Of a stretch of DNA of 64,000 nt, positions 63,901 to 64,000 are shown piece by piece (the first letter of the stretch is position 1; each line of letters begins with the position of its first letter). This DNA comes from Nemertoderma westbladi (taxonomy: Eukaryota; Animalia; Xenacoelomorpha), in NCBI GenBank assembly GCA_032718475.1, contig JAUCBJ010007785.1, positions 62,001 to 126,000 of the forward strand, read 5' to 3'. The translations under genes and the position numbers were made by a program. Under the pieces are notes generated by a model that was not told the origin of the DNA, ran no database searches, and saw nothing but the letters and a program-made list of their open reading frames with translations.

Positions 63901-64000
63901 GATAAGGTTTGGTGGGTCTCAGAATGAACTAATTGGGTAAGGTTTGGTAGGTCTCAGAATGAACTATTTGGATAAGGTTTGGTAGGTCTCAGAATGAACT
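51930..64000 (+). repeat. Satellite 2: >12-kb array, 35-bp unit ATGAACTAATTGGATAAGGTTTGGTAGGTCTCAGA
   Basis: Continuous tandem repeat to the window end, with recurrent variants and kb-scale duplications. Confidence 0.98.

Overview
Repeat-dominated eukaryotic (probably invertebrate animal) genomic DNA. A class A GPCR gene on the minus strand (histamine H3/H4- or muscarinic-like TM6-TM7, long third intracellular loop) has four phase-compatible exons (51377-51208, 50612-50507, 32722-32575, 4545-3840). Its introns are inflated by a 26-kb 35-bp satellite, a young 16.3-kb BEL/Pao LTR retrotransposon nested in a small DNA element, several MITEs, and probably a second 35-bp satellite that runs off the right end. 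The first satellite holds a 5'-truncated CRE-like non-LTR retrotransposon with a 14-bp target-site duplication; its empty paralogous site survives 5.1 kb upstream. The window opens with the 3' end of a second, pol-less BEL/Pao-derived element. The most unusual signals are in the large BEL/Pao element: (1) no tRNA-type primer-binding site, but a 10-nt segment abutting the LTR that is complementary to the LTR itself (possible self-priming); (2) colinear long-range complementarity between the 5' leader and the post-pol spacer; (3) a recurrent 18-nt palindrome; (4) an extra orphan ORF. All observations were read by eye; no searches or folding were run.
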